Below are positions 61,093-64,000 of a stretch of DNA of 64,000 bases, in pieces. The translations under genes and the position numbers were made by a program. Positions within the stretch are counted from its first letter, which is position 1. Each line of letters begins with the position of its first letter. The notes below the pieces were generated by a model. The model did not search any database and was not told the DNA's origin. It was given only the letters and a program-made list of their open reading frames with translations. The stretch covers positions 70,767-134,766 of the forward strand of contig JBMNNF010000003.1 of assembly GCA_050953825.1 (NCBI GenBank), in the 5' to 3' direction. The stretch comes from Acholeplasmataceae bacterium. GTDB lineage: Bacteria > Bacillota_I > Bacilli_A > Acholeplasmatales > Acholeplasmataceae.

Positions 61093-61140
61093 TGAAAATA
61101 ATATCAATTATAATATTTAACGGGTGTTAAGTGTTTTTAC

Positions 61141-61169
61141 TTGACACCCCTTATTTATTATTGTATTAT
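61141..61169 (+). promoter_or_regulatory. rpsP operon promoter
   Basis: TTGACA 61141-61146, 17-nt spacer, TATTAT 61164-61169. Confidence 0.55.
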
Positions 61170-61205
61170 ATACAAGTAAAAATTATTTAAAGGAGTGAAA
61201 TAAAG

Positions 61206-61448
61206 ATGGCTGTAAAAATTAGATTACAAAGATTTGGCGCTAAAAAAAGACCATTTTATCGTGTTGTGGCAAGTGAATCAACTAGAGCGAGAGACGGCAA
61301 GTTCTTAGAAATTTTAGGAACATATAATCCACTTGATGGAGAAGTGAAAGTTGATGCTGAAAAAGTACAAAAGTGGTTAGATAATGGAGCTCAACCAACT
61401 GACACAGTTAGAAGCTTACTTAAAAAGCATAAAGTACTAGAAAAATAA
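61206..61448 (+). CDS. rpsP: 30S ribosomal protein S16
   Basis: [21 protein letters not shown]. Confidence 0.97.
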   Translation: MAVKIRLQRFGAKKRPFYRVVASESTRARDGKFLEILGTYNPLDGEVKVDAEKVQKWLDNGAQPTDTVRSLLKKHKVLEK

Positions 61449-61464
61449 GAAAAGGGTGATTATA

Positions 61465-61713
61465 ATGGCAATAGATTTTGAAAAACTAGTTGTTGATATA
61501 GTTAAGCCATTGGTTGTTTACCCTGATGATGTTGTAGTTAAAGTTTTATCAGAAGATGATGACTCTGTAGTCGTTCAATTATTAGTTAATCCCGAAGACT
61601 TAGGAAGAGTAATTGGACGTGGTGGTCGCACAGCTAGTGCGATTCGAACCATTTTATATGCTGGGGCGACTTTAGCCAATGTTAGAGTCAAACTAGACAT
61701 TGATTCGTATTAA
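61465..61713 (+). CDS. KH-domain RNA-binding protein (YlqC family)
   Basis: GRVIGRGGRTASAIRT, positioned between rpsP and rimM. Confidence 0.9.
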   Translation: MAIDFEKLVVDIVKPLVVYPDDVVVKVLSEDDDSVVVQLLVNPEDLGRVIGRGGRTASAIRTILYAGATLANVRVKLDIDSY

Positions 61714-61715
61714 TA

Positions 61716-62195
61716 ATGTATCGAATTGGTAAGATTGTTAATACTCATGGTATTAAAGGCGAAGTAAAAGTTTTATCGACGAGTGATTTTGACCGATTTA
61801 AAAAAGGAAATACTATTTATTATTATGAAAAGAAAAATAAAGTGTATTTACAAATTAAATCAGTAAGAAGGCAACATGAGCTATATTTAATTAAATTTGA
61901 AGGTTATAATTCATTAACTGAAGTGGAATCTTTAACGGGATTAAATTTATTTACTAGTGAAAGACCAACGCTTGAGGAAGATGAATATATTAAAGAAGAT
62001 TTAATTAATTTATTAGTTTATTCAACGAAAAATGAATTAATTGGTAAAGTCGTTGATTTAAGATTTTTACCTTCTCAAGAATTACTAGTTGTTGAAAGTG
62101 AAGACCAAAAACAAATTTTAATACCATTTATCAAAGAGTTTGTCGTAAGTATTACTGATAAAATTGTTATCAAGGTAATTGAGGGATTAATATGA
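61716..62195 (+). CDS. rimM: 16S rRNA processing protein RimM
   Basis: GKIVNTHGIKGEVKV and conserved gene order. Confidence 0.9.
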   Translation: MYRIGKIVNTHGIKGEVKVLSTSDFDRFKKGNTIYYYEKKNKVYLQIKSVRRQHELYLIKFEGYNSLTEVESLTGLNLFTSERPTLEEDEYIKEDLINLLVYSTKNELIGKVVDLRFLPSQELLVVESEDQKQILIPFIKEFVVSITDKIVIKVIEGLI

Positions 62196-62908
62196 TTATA
62201 GATATTATTACCATTTTTCCTGAAATGTTCAATGACTTTTTATCGACATCAATTGTAAAAAGAGCACAAGAAGATGGAAAAGTAGTGATTAACTTACATC
62301 AGTTAAGAGACTACTCGCATAATAAACACCGTAACATTGATGATACGCCTTACGGCGGTGGAACGGGAATGTTAATGACGTTTCCACCTTTTTATGATGT
62401 CATAACTAAGTTAAGAAAAGATCATTCAAAGGTTATCTATTTATCACCTCAAGGGAAGATCTTAGATCAACAAATAGCTTTTAATTTAGCTGAATGTGAA
62501 CACTTAATTTTATTATGTGGTCACTATGAGGGAATTGATGAAAGAGTGTTAAATTTAGTTGATTATGAGATTTCAATTGGGGACTATATCCTAACCGGTG
62601 GTGAGTTAGCAGTAATGGTATTAGTTGATGTCATTACTAGGTTAATTCCTGGGGTGATTACTGAAGAATCAGTCACGGAAGACTCATTAACTGATGGGTT
62701 ATTAAAATACCCACAATACACAAAACCGAGGACTTATAAAGGTTTTGGAGTTCCTGATATTTTATTATCAGGACATCATGAAGAAATTGAAAAGTGGCGC
62801 AAACGTGAAAGTTTAAAACAAACATTACTCAAAAGACCAGATTTATTAGAAAAGAAAACTTTAACGGATGCGGAACTTGAAATTATTAAATCTATCAAAG
62901 ATAGATAG
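62192..62908 (+). CDS. trmD: tRNA (guanine37-N1)-methyltransferase
   Basis: IITIFPEMF, DDTPYGGG.GM, GHYEGIDERV, SIGDYILTGGE. Confidence 0.95.
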   Translation: MIIDIITIFPEMFNDFLSTSIVKRAQEDGKVVINLHQLRDYSHNKHRNIDDTPYGGGTGMLMTFPPFYDVITKLRKDHSKVIYLSPQGKILDQQIAFNLAECEHLILLCGHYEGIDERVLNLVDYEISIGDYILTGGELAVMVLVDVITRLIPGVITEESVTEDSLTDGLLKYPQYTKPRTYKGFGVPDILLSGHHEEIEKWRKRESLKQTLLKRPDLLEKKTLTDAELEIIKSIKDR

Positions 62909-63000
62909 TTATATGTTATAATAATTATTGAATGTAAAAGCACGGTAGTCCGCTGTTAAATATGTAATAAGAATACCGGAAGTATAGGAGTGTGAAATTT

Positions 63001-63360
63001 ATGTCAAGACCAAAAGGACAAGCATTAATGGATGCTGTAACTAAAGATCAATTAAGAACAGATGTTCCTGAGTTTAATGCTGGTGATACGGTTAAAGTGA
63101 ATGTTATCATTCGTGAAGGTAACCGTGAAAGAATCCAAGTATTCGAAGGTCTGGTGATCAAAAGACAAGGTGGAGGAATCGAAGAATCTTTCACCGTACG
63201 TAAGGTTTCTTACGGAATTGGAGTTGAAAGAACGTTTCCAGTTCATTCACCAACAATTGCGTCAATTGAAGTCGTACGCCGCGGTAAAGTGAGAAGAGCT
63301 AAACTTCACTACATTCGTAAGTTGTCTGCGAAAGCCGCTAGAATTAAGGAAAAAAGATAA
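63001..63360 (+). CDS. rplS: 50S ribosomal protein L19
   Basis: F.AGDTVKV...EG.RERIQ.FEG, following trmD. ATG 63001 follows SD ataggagtg. Confidence 0.95.
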   Translation: MSRPKGQALMDAVTKDQLRTDVPEFNAGDTVKVNVIIREGNRERIQVFEGLVIKRQGGGIEESFTVRKVSYGIGVERTFPVHSPTIASIEVVRRGKVRRAKLHYIRKLSAKAARIKEKR

Positions 63361-63395
63361 TAAACAAAGAAGAATAAAAATCAATTTTAAAGTTC

Positions 63396-63430
63396 AACAC
63401 GAAATAAACCACTTCCGTTTATTTCGTGTT
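63396..63430 (+). terminator. Hairpin after rplS
   Basis: 14-bp stem aacacgaaataaac/gtttatttcgtgtt. The T-run is weak. Confidence 0.55.
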
Positions 63431-63562
63431 CTACTTATATTGGCACCATTTTATATCTAAACTATGGTTTATTATGTTAATTGTAAATAATATTTTACAA
63501 TTTAAAAAACCACCTTAAATTATCTTCATTATTAGTTAATTTTGGAAAGGTATTTTAATTTA

Positions 63563-64000
63563 ATGAGAAAGTTAAAAAAGATTCTTAACGAAAGAATAGA
63601 TTTACTAAAACAGTCAAATCAAACATTTGAAGATATCTTTAAATGTATTAACCATCAAGAAGAAAACACGTTTTCTGAAGAATTAGTTGGTTATAAAATT
63701 AATAAGACAACCTATAAAGAAGCTAAAGAAGCCTCCATTTTAATGGCGCATTATTTTCACGACCAGATTACTTTAGATAAAGGTAGTTATGTCGGATTAA
63801 TGATGGAAAACCGAAAAGAATGGGTTTTTTCATTTTGGGGACTGTTAATGGCGGGCTATAAACCAGTTTTATTTAATACTAGATTAGGTGTCGTTTTAAA
63901 CACAGAAGTAGTTAATTTATTAGAAGTTAAGACTATTGTCACTGATACTAATGTTGGCATTAGTTCTCATGAGTTAAATATTGAAGGGGTTAATTTAGAA
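63563..64000 (+). CDS. Partial CDS (5' end, continues past the window), possibly an AMP-dependent synthetase/ligase
   Basis: My own translation from ATG 63563 is open to the window end. The block GSYVGLMMENRKEWVFSFWGLLMAGYKPVLFN resembles the N-terminal region of acyl-CoA ligases. Confidence 0.5.
   Translation, partial: MRKLKKILNERIDLLKQSNQTFEDIFKCINHQEENTFSEELVGYKINKTTYKEAKEASILMAHYFHDQITLDKGSYVGLMMENRKEWVFSFWGLLMAGYKPVLFNTRLGVVLNTEVVNLLEVKTIVTDTNVGISSHELNIEGVNLE

Noticed and set aside
62909-63000. An L19 leader upstream of rplS.
   Set aside because: I could find only short, weak pairings (cgg/ccg) by eye and cannot recall the family consensus well enough to support a call.

Overview
AT-rich bacterial chromosome segment that uses the standard genetic code: long ORFs close normally and Trp is TGG. 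It is rich in lipoproteins and looks like a low-GC Firmicutes/Tenericutes (Acholeplasma-like) genome, but the taxon cannot be verified here. Order of content: (1) A sugar ABC-transporter and glycoside-utilisation operon. It holds an ATPase, a coiled-coil-extended permease, a second permease, a binding lipoprotein, a Gfo/Idh/MocA oxidoreductase, two large lipoproteins, a GH4 remnant and a YdjC deacetylase. Part of it occurs twice as an apparently identical direct repeat (1-6038 = 12573-18610, period 12572 bp), and the repeat is associated with two in-frame chimeric ORFs. (2) psuG, speA, speB, a nitroreductase and a PHP-domain gene. (3) A mosaic block of tuf and fusA fragments sits inside the 5' end of a glycosyltransferase-acyltransferase fusion gene, so that gene now follows a copy of the tuf promoter, RBS and start codon. 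(4) A HigB-like toxin with a HigA-HTH/M78-peptidase partner, flanked by a duplicated terminator. (5) The str operon (rpsL-rpsG-fusA-tuf). (6) mazEF, then a PAS-GGDEF cyclase. (7) An orphan G+C-rich structured RNA candidate of about 470 nt with its own promoter and terminator. (8) A c-di-AMP (ydaO-type) riboswitch upstream of a CPA2 antiporter and a PII-like protein. (9) A TetR regulator divergent from an FtsH-type protease, then rpsD. (10) A 4188-aa lipoprotein built from 33 canonical and 5 degenerate Listeria-Bacteroides-type repeats plus five large C-terminal modules. (11) Housekeeping genes thiI, trmH-like, def, rsuA-like and rpsP-KH-rimM-trmD-rplS. The candidates most worth follow-up are the orphan RNA, the giant repeat lipoprotein, the rearrangement junctions and the GT4-acyltransferase fusion. 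No tRNA, rRNA, CRISPR array, transposase or integrase was seen.
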